NCBI GenBank assembly: GCA_040376635.1
Contig: JBEIQF010000001.1
Coordinates: 1-55,529 of the forward strand
Origin: Halobacteriovoraceae bacterium
Lineage (GTDB): Bacteria > Bdellovibrionota > Bacteriovoracia > Bacteriovoracales > Bacteriovoracaceae
DNA: 55,529 nt
Reading direction: 5' to 3'
In this document: positions 15,973-26,086 of the stretch, piece by piece
Numbering within the stretch: the first letter of the stretch is position 1
How the letters are laid out: each line of letters opens with the position of its first letter
Notes under the pieces: model-generated
Seen by the model: only the letters and a program-made list of their open reading frames with translations
What the model was told of the DNA's origin: nothing
Database searches by the model: none
Position numbers and translations under genes: made by a program

Positions 15973-18751
15973 TCTTCATTCCTGAAGGCTTCGGAGGTCT
16001 GATTCCCTGACTTTCACCAGCTGGTCTTGAAGGTCTCGCCGATTCATTCCCAGATGGTTTATGAGCAACAGACTTCTCATGTTGATGACCACCTTCGCGT
16101 TTAGGTCCACGGTCATCACGACGATCACTCTTACGGTGGTCTTTTTTACCGCCGCCAGATCCGCCACGTCTGTTTCCGCGATCGCGGTCACGATCACGTC
16201 CACCTCGATCACCTCTGCTATCCTGAGAACCATCGGCCGAACGAGGGCTTCTGTGGAAGCGACGTTTAGCAAAACATTCATCACAGATATTGAAGCGAGC
16301 ATTGGCCGGCATTTTACAGCCGCAGCTTGAACATGTTTTTCCGATTTTATCAGAAAGTAGCTCGTTCAAACGCTCAATTGCTTTTGTCTTATTCTCGAGA
16401 AGTTGTTTCTCATCAAAATCAAAATTCTTCTGATTGAAATGACGAGATAACCATTGGAAGAGCTCAACACATTTGATCGACGTTTCAAGATAATCGATAT
16501 TATCTGAACGATCATCAATCGGTTCATTGTAAATACTCTGGTTACTAACATAGTGGTTAAGAATCCAGAGGTAGTATTGAACGTGCTCAATCAATCCAAG
16601 GTTTACCGGAGCACAAGCGAAACCGAAAATCTCTGCATTTGATAAAGTTCTGTCTTCATCAGCAGCTTCCACCATTTCAGCAAGCTCGATCATTTCTTTC
16701 ATATCCACGCAATAGAATGGCTTTTGGAAAGTCATCGTATTGAAGAGACGAAGGAATTCAGAAAGCATCAGAGTTGGAAGACCATGAGAATCAAGAGCGT
16801 TATTCACAGAACTGAAAATATCAAGATCAGGACCAACCATTGCTTTATCACTCTGGCCTAGATGATGTTGAAGAGCATTTTTCAATGTTCTCAGACCATC
16901 TTCAACTTTATTCAGAGTCGTCACCTGACCAACAGGGAAACGTTTGAAACGTCCTGCTCGACCGGCAATCTGCTTAATTTCAGAGAAAGTAAGCGGGTGC
17001 TCTTTATCATCAACAAATTTTGAAAGTGCAGAGAAGACGATTCTCTTCACCGGAAGGTTCATCCCCATCGCAATGGCATCAGTAGACACCATGATGTCTG
17101 TTTCACCTTCATCAAACTTTCTTGCCTGCTCACGACGAACTTCCGGAGAAAGACGTCCGTAAACAATTGAGACTTTAAAGTCTAATTCTTCAAGGTCAGC
17201 TTTATATTTAAGAGCATTTCTTCTTGAGAAAACAATCAAAGCATCATTCTTCTGCATTTGAGACAGAGGAATCTGGTTATCGAGGACATTCAACTCTGTC
17301 ATACGTGTGTACTCTTTCACTTCAAGAGTATCACCGCAAAGAGCGAGAACTTTCTTCACAAGCTCAAGAACTGAATGGTCACCACAAAGGTGAATTTCAT
17401 CAGCTTGAATATTAACAAGCGCACGTGTCCACGCCCATCCACGCTGAGGATCAGTCAGCATCTGAATTTCATCGATCACACAACAATCAAAACGAGTTTG
17501 AAGCTTTGCCATCTCGATAGTTGATGAGAAGTGAGTTGATCCTTCGATCTCGATAACTTCTTCACCAGTGAGAAGAGTTGTCTTCACACCTTTAGAGTTC
17601 ATCGTATCGTAAAGTTCCGAAGCAAGAAGTCGAAGTGGAGCGAGATAACATCCCTTCTTCGCCTGACAAAGAGCTTCGATCGCGTGATATGTCTTACCTG
17701 AGTTGGTAGGACCCATATGATAGATAATTTTACGGTTCAATCTTCTGGCATCAGTGTGGAGCCAGAATTGACCGAGGTATTCACGGAGAATTGTTGAAGA
17801 AACGTCCTTACGTTTAAGGGCAAGGATGGCACCAGTGAAGCGTTCAAACTCTTTACGAAGGAAAGCTTCCCCTTTCCAGATATTTGTTTCAAGCTGAAGG
17901 TAGAATCTGTCGTATTCTTCTGGGGCCACGAGTTCAGGCTTAAGCCCTTGCTCAACCAACAAAGTATTGAAGAAGACAGTTAGTTTCTCTTTATAAACTT
18001 TTCCTAAATCTGATTTAGGACCGAATTTCGTACGGAAATGCGCCTTAACATCGTTCTCAAGCTTATTTACTGAAGAACGCTTAAGCTTATTTCTCATCTG
18101 ATGAAAATTCTTATCAAGATTCTTCTTCAGATCAAAAACAGCATTTGATACGTCACCAATTTTTCTCGTAAGCACCCATTCATGAAGCTTATCTTCAGTC
18201 GAATCGATCAGGCCGGATTGAGTTGCATAAACAGCTTCTCTTACCTGCGTACGATAATCACCGAGACACTGAACACACTGGCACTTCAGGTCTTTATCAT
18301 TGATCTTGATATCGAAATTTAACTTAACGAGATTTTGAGTTTCTTCGTGATTAGCGGTCTTCTCATCAACCCATGCTTTATAAATGTCTTTATAAGAAGC
18401 AGTGACTTCCTTGTTGAACTGGCCATCCACAATCATGGGATAAGTTGTCGTCACCGGAAAGATGAAATCTTCAATGAGACATGTTTCAACAATCGCTTCA
18501 CGGTCAAAAACTTCTCTTACTCGACCGAATGATTTCTCAAAGAGCGATTCGAGAGATGGATGCTTATCAAGCATCTCTCTTGTATCAACGGCAATGGCTT
18601 CGAGAGTTTCGAGGACAATTTCAGAATCTTCTAAAGGCCGCATTTCGGGAGATTTATCATCTCCCAAAATGCTGGTCGTTATAAGTGCTTTACGTGAAGT
18701 ATCTAGATTAGCGCGGATGTCCTGGTAAAGGGACCGTATTTCATTACTCAA
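15917..18751 (-). CDS. SUV3-like superfamily 2 RNA helicase
   Basis: GPTNSGKT, APLRLLA.E, STIEM, DEIQM.D.QRGWAWTRAL, YGRLSPEVRREQA, STDAIAMGMNL, QIAGRAGR. Confidence 0.92.
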   Translation of the reverse strand: MSNEIRSLYQDIRANLDTSRKALITTSILGDDKSPEMRPLEDSEIVLETLEAIAVDTREMLDKHPSLESLFEKSFGRVREVFDREAIVETCLIEDFIFPVTTTYPMIVDGQFNKEVTASYKDIYKAWVDEKTANHEETQNLVKLNFDIKINDKDLKCQCVQCLGDYRTQVREAVYATQSGLIDSTEDKLHEWVLTRKIGDVSNAVFDLKKNLDKNFHQMRNKLKRSSVNKLENDVKAHFRTKFGPKSDLGKVYKEKLTVFFNTLLVEQGLKPELVAPEEYDRFYLQLETNIWKGEAFLRKEFERFTGAILALKRKDVSSTILREYLGQFWLHTDARRLNRKIIYHMGPTNSGKTYHAIEALCQAKKGCYLAPLRLLASELYDTMNSKGVKTTLLTGEEVIEIEGSTHFSSTIEMAKLQTRFDCCVIDEIQMLTDPQRGWAWTRALVNIQADEIHLCGDHSVLELVKKVLALCGDTLEVKEYTRMTELNVLDNQIPLSQMQKNDALIVFSRRNALKYKADLEELDFKVSIVYGRLSPEVRREQARKFDEGETDIMVSTDAIAMGMNLPVKRIVFSALSKFVDDKEHPLTFSEIKQIAGRAGRFKRFPVGQVTTLNKVEDGLRTLKNALQHHLGQSDKAMVGPDLDIFSSVNNALDSHGLPTLMLSEFLRLFNTMTFQKPFYCVDMKEMIELAEMVEAADEDRTLSNAEIFGFACAPVNLGLIEHVQYYLWILNHYVSNQSIYNEPIDDRSDNIDYLETSIKCVELFQWLSRHFNQKNFDFDEKQLLENKTKAIERLNELLSDKIGKTCSSCGCKMPANARFNICDECFAKRRFHRSPRSADGSQDSRGDRGGRDRDRDRGNRRGGSGGGKKDHRKSDRRDDRGPKREGGHQHEKSVAHKPSGNESARPSRPAGESQGIRPPKPSGMKSGGGGAKKNAAQAFRKHR

Positions 18752-18766
18752 CTAGGTTAAATCCTC

Positions 18767-19963
18767 TTAGTTCGCTAGCTCAACAACAAATGCAGTAGCT
18801 AGTTTTGCAAATTTAGTAGCGTGCTTAGCATCGCCACCAGCAGATTCTACCGTATCCTTCGCCGTGTGGATAGCGCGATTGATGTCGTCCATAGTTGACT
18901 CAAATGGAATAGAAGCTGGGTAACCATTCGCTGTCCAAGATGCGTGGTCTGAACAACCGTAGCCGCACTTCGAGTAACCCCAAGGTACTTTTACATATTC
19001 ATCAATCAAGCGGCCAAGGAACTCATTCTGCGCCTGGTTTGTGAAGTCAGACATCATCACGATGTCTTTATCAGCTGTACCGTGCTTAAGAGTCATATCG
19101 AGTTGCATTACGCCAAGAACTTTTGTTGATTTGCTCTTGTACGAAGCAGCGATTTCTTTTGAACCAAGAAGACCAACTTCCTCTGCAGCGTAGCCCATGA
19201 ACTGAACAGTGCGCTTAGGTTTGAAATCAGACGCCATAAGGATTCTGATTGTCTCAGTGATTGTAGCGATACCAGAAGCGTTATCATCAGCACCTGGAGC
19301 ACGACCGCCGCCGCCGAACATTCCCGCAATTGAATCTGCGTGACCACCAACGATAACAACTTCGTCAGGTCTTTCAGAGCCTGTGATTGTCATGATGATT
19401 GAAGCTTGAGGCCAGTTTTTGTGCTTATAAAGCTCAACTTTAACATCGTTACGCTTCTTAGCGAGAGATGCCCAAGTATCACGGATGAACTCAGATGATT
19501 TAACACCAGTTTCTGATTTGTAATAACGAGTGTTGAAAGCAGTAAGTTTATCAATCATTGAGCGGATTGAAGGTTCTGCAACCATATCAACCATTGGACG
19601 AACTGTGCTTGCCTGATCAATTGAGTAGTCAGAGAAAACAGCGTTTTTCGCGAAGTGAATATCACCCTGCTGAGTCAAAGCGTTTTTAGCTTCTTCAAGT
19701 GACTCATGCTGAATGAATCCACCGCAGCGGTGAAGGTCGTGGTGAATTAGTTGTGAAAGTTGTTCAACTTCTAGAGCTGACAACTGAACAACTGATGCGC
19801 CTTCAGCAGTGTGTAGAGTCTGAACTGATTTATTAAGTTTAGGGCGGATTTTCGCGAGAATTTGATTATCAACTGTTAACCACTGCTTTTGAGCAGGTGC
19901 CGCCATCGTGGCCGCTGATAATGTCAAAGCGACGAGTCCTAAGATTTTTTTCATTTTTTCCAT
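18767..19963 (-). CDS. Secreted M28 family (leucyl) aminopeptidase
   Basis: Signal peptide; RCGGF pro-region; GGHADS, GADDNASG, AAEEVGLLGS, QLDMT, CGYGCSDHASW, IHT as in Vibrio/Aeromonas aminopeptidase. Confidence 0.92.
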   Translation of the reverse strand: MEKMKKILGLVALTLSAATMAAPAQKQWLTVDNQILAKIRPKLNKSVQTLHTAEGASVVQLSALEVEQLSQLIHHDLHRCGGFIQHESLEEAKNALTQQGDIHFAKNAVFSDYSIDQASTVRPMVDMVAEPSIRSMIDKLTAFNTRYYKSETGVKSSEFIRDTWASLAKKRNDVKVELYKHKNWPQASIIMTITGSERPDEVVIVGGHADSIAGMFGGGGRAPGADDNASGIATITETIRILMASDFKPKRTVQFMGYAAEEVGLLGSKEIAASYKSKSTKVLGVMQLDMTLKHGTADKDIVMMSDFTNQAQNEFLGRLIDEYVKVPWGYSKCGYGCSDHASWTANGYPASIPFESTMDDINRAIHTAKDTVESAGGDAKHATKFAKLATAFVVELAN

Positions 19964-20066
19964 CCTTAGCTATGAAAATGACTGTTACAATTAACCCATA
20001 CATTAAACTTGTTTGGCGAGGAAAAGTTCTGTGACTATTCCTTACAAAGACTCGGAGCGCATTTAT

Positions 20067-21050
20067 ATGAAAACAGCACTAACAGAGATGTTGGGAATCG
20101 AATTACCGATCATTATGGCACCAATGTTCCTCGTAACGAACACGAAGATGATAGTGGCCGCTGCTGAAAGTGGAGTTGCTGGTTGCATTCCGGCCCTGAA
20201 TTTCAGAACCATTGAAGATCTAGAGGCCGGCATCAAAGAAATCAAATCCAAGACGAACAGGCCATTTGGTGTGAACCTGATCGTGAACAAATCTAACGTG
20301 ATCGCTAAGAAGCAACTCCATAAATGTCTCGATCTCGGAGTAAACTTCTTCATTACTTCCCTGGGCTCACCGGAAGAAGTGATTCGTGAATCAAAGAAAC
20401 ATGGCGTCCGCGTTTTCTGTGACGTGATCGAAGAAACATACGCTAAAAAAGTTGAAGACCTCGGAGCTGACGGTGTGATCGCTGTGAACTCTGGCGCCGG
20501 CGGACATTTAGGGAATATTCCTGCGAGTGTTTTGATTCCTGGACTCAAATCAGTTTGTAAAATTCCAGTGATCTCTGCTGGAGGAGTGGGAACAGGTGCC
20601 GGTATCATGTCGATGCTCTCTTTGGGAGCTGACGGCCTCTCAATCGGTTCTCCTTTCATTGCAACAACTGAATCAGACGTTTCTCAGGAATACAAACAGG
20701 CCTGTATTGATTACGGCAGTGAAGATATTGTTGTGACGACAAAATTGTCAGGTAGTCGATGTACAGTTATCAACACTCCTTATGTTCAGAAAATCGGAAC
20801 TGATCAGAATATTGTTGAGAGTCTCTTGAATAAGAATAAGCAGCTGAAAAAATATGCCAAGATGGTTACTTACTATAAAGGGATGAAGATGCTTGAGAAG
20901 GCTGCCTTCAGTGCTTCTTATAAAACTGTCTGGTGTGCCGGCACTTCAATTGAGTTCACGAAGAAAATTGAAAGCATTCACGACATCGTTGCCCGCTACA
21001 AATCAGAAATGCACACTGCTCATGAGAATATGAAAAAGGTTATGGTTTAA
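20067..21050 (+). CDS. Nitronate monooxygenase/FabK-like flavin-dependent oxidoreductase
   Basis: LGIELPIIMAPMF, PFGVNLI, AGGH, PVISAGGVG, LGADG..IGSPF; ATG 20067 preferred over TTG 20013. Confidence 0.88.
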   Translation: MKTALTEMLGIELPIIMAPMFLVTNTKMIVAAAESGVAGCIPALNFRTIEDLEAGIKEIKSKTNRPFGVNLIVNKSNVIAKKQLHKCLDLGVNFFITSLGSPEEVIRESKKHGVRVFCDVIEETYAKKVEDLGADGVIAVNSGAGGHLGNIPASVLIPGLKSVCKIPVISAGGVGTGAGIMSMLSLGADGLSIGSPFIATTESDVSQEYKQACIDYGSEDIVVTTKLSGSRCTVINTPYVQKIGTDQNIVESLLNKNKQLKKYAKMVTYYKGMKMLEKAAFSASYKTVWCAGTSIEFTKKIESIHDIVARYKSEMHTAHENMKKVMV

Positions 21051-21051
21051 G

Positions 21052-21561
21052 ATGAAAGCTGTTTATAAAATGATCGATAAGCTTCTTGCTAATCCTACTT
21101 CACTCAATCTGATGGCACTGGATAAGCTTCTCCGCCTGGGAATTCCATTCAATGCTCCTCATGGGTTTAAGATTAAAAATCTTGATAAAGAAGCAGTCAT
21201 CATTTCTCTTCCCAACCGGAAACTAAATCACAATCACATTGGCGGTATTCATGCCTGTGCGATGGCGACTGTAGGTGAGTACTGCGCAGGAATGTCACTC
21301 CTCTCTTCTTTCGGCATCAGTAAGTATCGACTTATTCTTTCTGAGCTGAATGTGAAATACACGTACCAAGGTCGCGTGGATCTAGAAGGTATTTGTTATC
21401 CGAATCAGATTGATGTTGAAGCTGTAAGAGAAGGTCTGGAAAAAGAGGGTAAATATCTTCAGCCGTTAAAAACAATTATTCGTGATCTGAATGGTAAGGA
21501 AGTCGCGGAAGTCATGACCACGTGGCAGTTAAAAAACTGGGAACAGGTTAAGACCAAATAA
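21052..21561 (+). CDS. Hotdog-fold thioesterase-like protein (DUF4442/PaaI-like)
   Basis: IPFNAPHG, NHNHIGGIHACAMATVGE. Confidence 0.8.
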   Translation: MKAVYKMIDKLLANPTSLNLMALDKLLRLGIPFNAPHGFKIKNLDKEAVIISLPNRKLNHNHIGGIHACAMATVGEYCAGMSLLSSFGISKYRLILSELNVKYTYQGRVDLEGICYPNQIDVEAVREGLEKEGKYLQPLKTIIRDLNGKEVAEVMTTWQLKNWEQVKTK

Positions 21562-23401
21562 TAAAGAGTTGTCTCGCAAGGAAAGCAAATCCATAGGCCA
21601 GGGTCATGGTGTAAAGAACCATGATCACGGGCCACTTCAAAGAATCCGTTTCTCTCTTCATCACAGCGAAAGTTGAAATACACTGAGGCGCGAAGACAAA
21701 CCAGATAAGAAGGGCAACAAGAGTTCCTAAACCGAACTGCTCAACCAGAGCAGCTGACATGTGCTCCTGATTATCGCCTTCAATCGAAAGAACAAGTGAA
21801 AGAGCACTCACAACCACTTCTCTCGCTCCAATACTTGGAATAAGAGCAGTTGTAATTCTCCAGTCAAATCCAAGAGGTCTGAAGACTGGCTCAAACACAT
21901 GGCCAATCTGAGCTGCGTAAGATTGTTCAATATGAGAAACGCCATCTTTCTGTGGGAAAGTCACAAGTGCCCAAATCACAACACTGACAATAAGAATGAT
22001 TCCGCCTGCTTTTTTCAGGAAGATCATCGCTTTGTTTTTCATCGTCATGATGAGGTTCTTCGCTTTAGGCACGCGATATGGTGGAAGCTCCATAAGAAGC
22101 ATTGATGGAGATGAATAAGGAAGCGTCTTCTTAAAGATAAGAGAAACTGCAAGAGCTGAAGTGAACCCCAGCATATAGAGACCAAACAATACGAGTCCCG
22201 GCAGTTTAAGCCAACTTAATCCCGCTACAGGAATATTAGGAATCAAAGCACCAATAAGAATCGCATAGACCGGGAGTCGCGCTGAACATGTTGTGAGAGG
22301 AATCACAAGCATCGTAATCAGACGCTCTCGATAATTATCAATGACTCTTGTCGAGAGGATGCCCGGAATCGCGCAGGCATGAGAAGACAAAAGTGGAATA
22401 ACAGATTTGCCAGGAAGACCAATCTTTCTCATGAGTGAATCCATGAGGAATGCTGCTCGACCGAGATAGCCGAGATCTTCAAGGAACTGAATAAAGAGAA
22501 ACAGGAGAACGATTTGTGGAAGGAAGACGATCACTCCGCCTACTCCACTGATAATTCCATCAACTAAAAGTGACTGAAGAAGTGGATGAGAGATGTAAGT
22601 GGTCACTAACTCGCCAGCATATGAAAAAAGAGATTCAATGCCGTCCTGAAGTGGAGAAGCCCAGGTAAAGAGAGTCTGAAAAATGAAAATCAACGTTGCA
22701 AACAAAATGAATATTCCCCACACCGGGTGAAGAACGAGATGATCAATTCTTTCTGAGAACGTATCAGGTTTAAGTCTTGTGATGGTAACTTCTTTGAGAA
22801 GTAAATCGATCTGCTTAAAAATGTTGTTCACGTAAGCTGGAGAACGAAAAGTCTTTTGCGCGTTCTCAGGGATTTTTAATTCCACTTTCTGATGAGTCTT
22901 CATGACACTCTTGAGTGTTTCAACCAGATCTTTTACCCCATCACCTGTTGAAGCACTAGTCGGAACAACAATTGCATTCAGCTTTTCAGCAAAAACTTTT
23001 AGATCAAGACTGAAGTTTCTTTTCTTCGCTTCATCCATCAAGTTAAGAGCAATGACTAAGGGGTAACCAAGCTCTTTGAGCTGGTAAGCGAGATAAAGTG
23101 ATTTATCAAGATTGGTGGCATCGAGTACCAGGACAAAAAGATCCGCAGAACTTTGTGTTTCTTTTTGAAGAAGGAAATCTTTTGTTACTTTCTCATCAAG
23201 TGTTGTGGCATCAAGCGAGTAGATTCCGGGAAGATCAGTAACTTCAAAAATCTTCGATCCATTCTCACTGATCCAGCCCGTTTTTTTCTCAACAGTCACA
23301 CCTGGGAAGTTAGCGACACGCTGAAAGCTACCAGTCATTTTATTGAAAAGAGCGGTCTTACCGACATTGGGCATGCCAATGAGAGCAACTTTAGCGATCA
23401 T
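21548..23401 (-). CDS. feoB: Ferrous iron transporter B
   Basis: GMPNVGKT, VANFPGVTVE, DLPGIYSL, LNLMD GTPase motifs; membrane domain with CSARLPVY, MELPPYR, REVVVS, APQC. Confidence 0.95.
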   Translation of the reverse strand: MIAKVALIGMPNVGKTALFNKMTGSFQRVANFPGVTVEKKTGWISENGSKIFEVTDLPGIYSLDATTLDEKVTKDFLLQKETQSSADLFVLVLDATNLDKSLYLAYQLKELGYPLVIALNLMDEAKKRNFSLDLKVFAEKLNAIVVPTSASTGDGVKDLVETLKSVMKTHQKVELKIPENAQKTFRSPAYVNNIFKQIDLLLKEVTITRLKPDTFSERIDHLVLHPVWGIFILFATLIFIFQTLFTWASPLQDGIESLFSYAGELVTTYISHPLLQSLLVDGIISGVGGVIVFLPQIVLLFLFIQFLEDLGYLGRAAFLMDSLMRKIGLPGKSVIPLLSSHACAIPGILSTRVIDNYRERLITMLVIPLTTCSARLPVYAILIGALIPNIPVAGLSWLKLPGLVLFGLYMLGFTSALAVSLIFKKTLPYSSPSMLLMELPPYRVPKAKNLIMTMKNKAMIFLKKAGGIILIVSVVIWALVTFPQKDGVSHIEQSYAAQIGHVFEPVFRPLGFDWRITTALIPSIGAREVVVSALSLVLSIEGDNQEHMSAALVEQFGLGTLVALLIWFVFAPQCISTFAVMKRETDSLKWPVIMVLYTMTLAYGFAFLARQLFIIWS

Positions 23402-23661
23402 TTTGTCACCTCTACCTGAACAAGTTCAGCTTCAGCAAATGACAGAGCGACCGAGCGACCTCTTACTTCTACTAATAATGGCTCTTTAAAAAGTGGGGCC
23501 TTCTTTGTGACTTTGACGATTTCACCATCCAAAAAACCTAAATGCATCAGGCGAGATTCAATGTCTGAAAACTCCCTAACTTCGTGAATTGAAAATGAGC
23601 GCACTACCAGACTTGTCTGCATCGGCGCTTGATTAATCGTCATGTCCGTTTGGTATATCAA
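23398..23661 (-). CDS. feoA: Ferrous iron transport protein A
   Basis: RLMHLGF..GE.V.V..KAP..EP..VEVRG..VALS; ATGA overlap with feoB. Confidence 0.9.
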   Translation of the reverse strand: MIYQTDMTINQAPMQTSLVVRSFSIHEVREFSDIESRLMHLGFLDGEIVKVTKKAPLFKEPLLVEVRGRSVALSFAEAELVQVEVTK

Positions 23662-23763
23662 ACTGGTACCTTTTTGGCCACCGAATCTTAACAGAGTTGT
23701 AAGTCTAAGTTTCTGGCCAAGCTCCCGCCACCACGATAAAAATTCAGCACATCTGGAGGACCT

Positions 23764-25290
23764 ATGAAGTTTATTTTTGCTGTTGCAATGCTTGCTCTAA
23801 TTGCTCCCCGCTCTCATGCTTACACAAAAGGCAAAACGTACAAATTCACCATTCTTCACACAAATGATCACCACGGTCGTTTTTGGGCCAATAAAGACGG
23901 TGAATATGGTCTGGCTCCACGTGCAACACTAATCAAAGAATTGAAAGCAGAAATTGAAAAAGATGGCGGTACCGCTCTCCTTCTTGATGCAGGGGATGTG
24001 AACACAGGTGTTCCTCAATCAGATCTTCTTGATGCTGAACCAGACTTTAAAGGTATGGCAGCAATTGGTTATGATGTGATGGCCGTTGGTAACCACGAAT
24101 TTGATAAACCACTTAAGACAATTTTGAAGCAGCAGAAACAATGGGCAAAATTCCCATTCATCTCTGCTAACATTTATAAAGGCAAGAACAGAGTCTTCCC
24201 TTCTCACATCACAAAAAAATTGAGCGACCTGAACGTAACGATCTTTGGCCTTACAACTGAAGATACTCCGAAAAAATCTCGTCCCGAAAATTCTAAAGGC
24301 TTAACTTTCAAGCCAACAGTTGAAGAAGCAAAAACTTTAGTTCCAACTCTACGACCGAAAACAGATGTTCTTATTGCTCTTACTCACATGGGTCACTATC
24401 CGGATGAAAAACACGGTGCGGATGCTCCAGGTGACGTAACTCTTGCACGCTCTGTTCCCGGCATCGACCTTATCGTTGGCGGACACACACAGAAACCACT
24501 CTTTGAACCTGATATCCAAAACAACACGATCATCGTCCAGGCCTATGAATGGGGTAAGTATGTTGGTCGCGTGGATCTAGAATTCCTTGATGGAAAAGTA
24601 ACTCTCAAGAGTTACAAACTCATTCCCGTTAACATGAAAGATTCAGCTGTAAAAATCAAACCTGATGAAAAAATTGAAGCTCTTCTTAAACCATTCAAAG
24701 ATAAAGGTGATAAATCACTTCTCATCGAAGTTGGTTCTGCAGATCAGGAATTCATTGGTAAACGTGATGTCGTAAGAACTCAGGAAACAAATCTTGGTAA
24801 TCTTGTTGCGAAAGCATTCAAGGAAAAATTCAAGGCCAATCTTGCTGTAGTAAACTCAGGCGGTATCAGAGATTCAATTTATCCGGGCAAAGTGACGATT
24901 GAGACTGTTCTCATGGTTCTTCCCTTCGCAGGTGAAGTTGTAACTTCTGAAATGACAGGCGAAGAACTTAAGAAATTCCTTGAATACGTTGTCATCAATC
25001 AGACTCCTGGCTCAGGAAGTTTCCCTCAGATGTCTGGCGTTGAAATCGTAGTTGATAAAGCTTCGAAAAAAATCAAGACGCTTAAAATCGAAGGCAAAGA
25101 CGTTGCCCCAGAGCAAAAATATGTCATGGCACTTCCGGAATTCATCGCTAACGGCGGAGATAAATATCCTGTCGTAACATTCAGAAAATACGGTTACGTT
25201 GATGCAGACCTCCTTAAAGAATACATTCAGAAAGTGAAAAATCTGAAGTCTGCTGACTACGCCCCTACAGGTTACATCAAAGCTGAGTAA
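23764..25290 (+). CDS. ushA: Bifunctional UDP-sugar hydrolase/5'-nucleotidase
   Basis: Signal peptide; ILHTNDHHG, DAGDVNTGVP.SD, GNHEFD, THMGHY, GGHTQ, QAYEWGKYVGR, NSGGIR. Confidence 0.92.
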   Translation: MKFIFAVAMLALIAPRSHAYTKGKTYKFTILHTNDHHGRFWANKDGEYGLAPRATLIKELKAEIEKDGGTALLLDAGDVNTGVPQSDLLDAEPDFKGMAAIGYDVMAVGNHEFDKPLKTILKQQKQWAKFPFISANIYKGKNRVFPSHITKKLSDLNVTIFGLTTEDTPKKSRPENSKGLTFKPTVEEAKTLVPTLRPKTDVLIALTHMGHYPDEKHGADAPGDVTLARSVPGIDLIVGGHTQKPLFEPDIQNNTIIVQAYEWGKYVGRVDLEFLDGKVTLKSYKLIPVNMKDSAVKIKPDEKIEALLKPFKDKGDKSLLIEVGSADQEFIGKRDVVRTQETNLGNLVAKAFKEKFKANLAVVNSGGIRDSIYPGKVTIETVLMVLPFAGEVVTSEMTGEELKKFLEYVVINQTPGSGSFPQMSGVEIVVDKASKKIKTLKIEGKDVAPEQKYVMALPEFIANGGDKYPVVTFRKYGYVDADLLKEYIQKVKNLKSADYAPTGYIKAE

Positions 25291-25333
25291 TACACTCTTA
25301 TGAGATTTCGGCCTTATCCTTTAAACTTAGAGG

Positions 25334-26086
25334 ATGAGGCCAAATCTTAAAACACTCTTCTCTCTCATTCTCATTTCAACTTCAGTTTTTTCTTCTGAAG
25401 AAATCATCCGAAAAAAATACTTCACCCTGAACTACAACGAAGAACATGAAGTTGCTAATTGGATTTCATACGAACTTGATGAAACAAAATTACAAAATTG
25501 CGTAAAGCGAACTGATAGTTTCCGTCCTGATCCTGACGTCACAACTGGCTCTGCAGTTGATGACGATTACAGAGGCAGTGGATTTGACCGTGGGCATCTC
25601 GTACCAGCTGGGGATATGAAGTTTCATAAAGATGCCATGAGAGATACTTTCGTATTCAGCAACATGACTCCTCAACCTGCTAATTTCAACAGAGGCAGAT
25701 GGGCGACTCTCGAGAATCTCATGCGTGCGTGGGGATCAAAGTATAAGAAGATCTGGATTGTTACCGGTCCCGTACTTCGTAATGACCTTCCTGCCATTGG
25801 AAAAAAGAACAAGGTCTCAGTACCAGAAGATTACTTTAAAGTGATTGTACGTCAATCTGGAAGCTCATATGAGGGCATGGCGTTTATCATGCCGACAAAC
25901 GTTCCAAGTCCTGATTTAAAATCTTATGTCGTCACAATTGATGAAGTTGAAGAAGCGACTGGCTTTAACTTCTTCACTTTCGTGAATGAGTCAGTTGAGC
26001 AGAAGTCAGATATTGCTAAATGGGATTTTAGTGGGAAATTTGAGTACTTTCCATGTCGAGCTTCGGTAGTTCAATCACAAATGTAG
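25334..26086 (+). CDS. Secreted DNA/RNA non-specific endonuclease (NucA-like)
   Basis: Signal peptide; DYRGSGFDRGHLVPA, TF.FSNMTPQ..FNRG.W..LE, VTGP, VP..YFK. Confidence 0.93.
   Translation: MRPNLKTLFSLILISTSVFSSEEIIRKKYFTLNYNEEHEVANWISYELDETKLQNCVKRTDSFRPDPDVTTGSAVDDDYRGSGFDRGHLVPAGDMKFHKDAMRDTFVFSNMTPQPANFNRGRWATLENLMRAWGSKYKKIWIVTGPVLRNDLPAIGKKNKVSVPEDYFKVIVRQSGSSYEGMAFIMPTNVPSPDLKSYVVTIDEVEEATGFNFFTFVNESVEQKSDIAKWDFSGKFEYFPCRASVVQSQM

Noticed and set aside
20063-20659. 198-aa minus-strand ORF and the many other 60-120 aa nested ORFs in the track
   Set aside because: They lie antisense or out of frame within well-supported genes and show no motifs of their own
23662-23763. DtxR or Fur box upstream of feoAB
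   Set aside because: No convincing 19-bp palindrome visible
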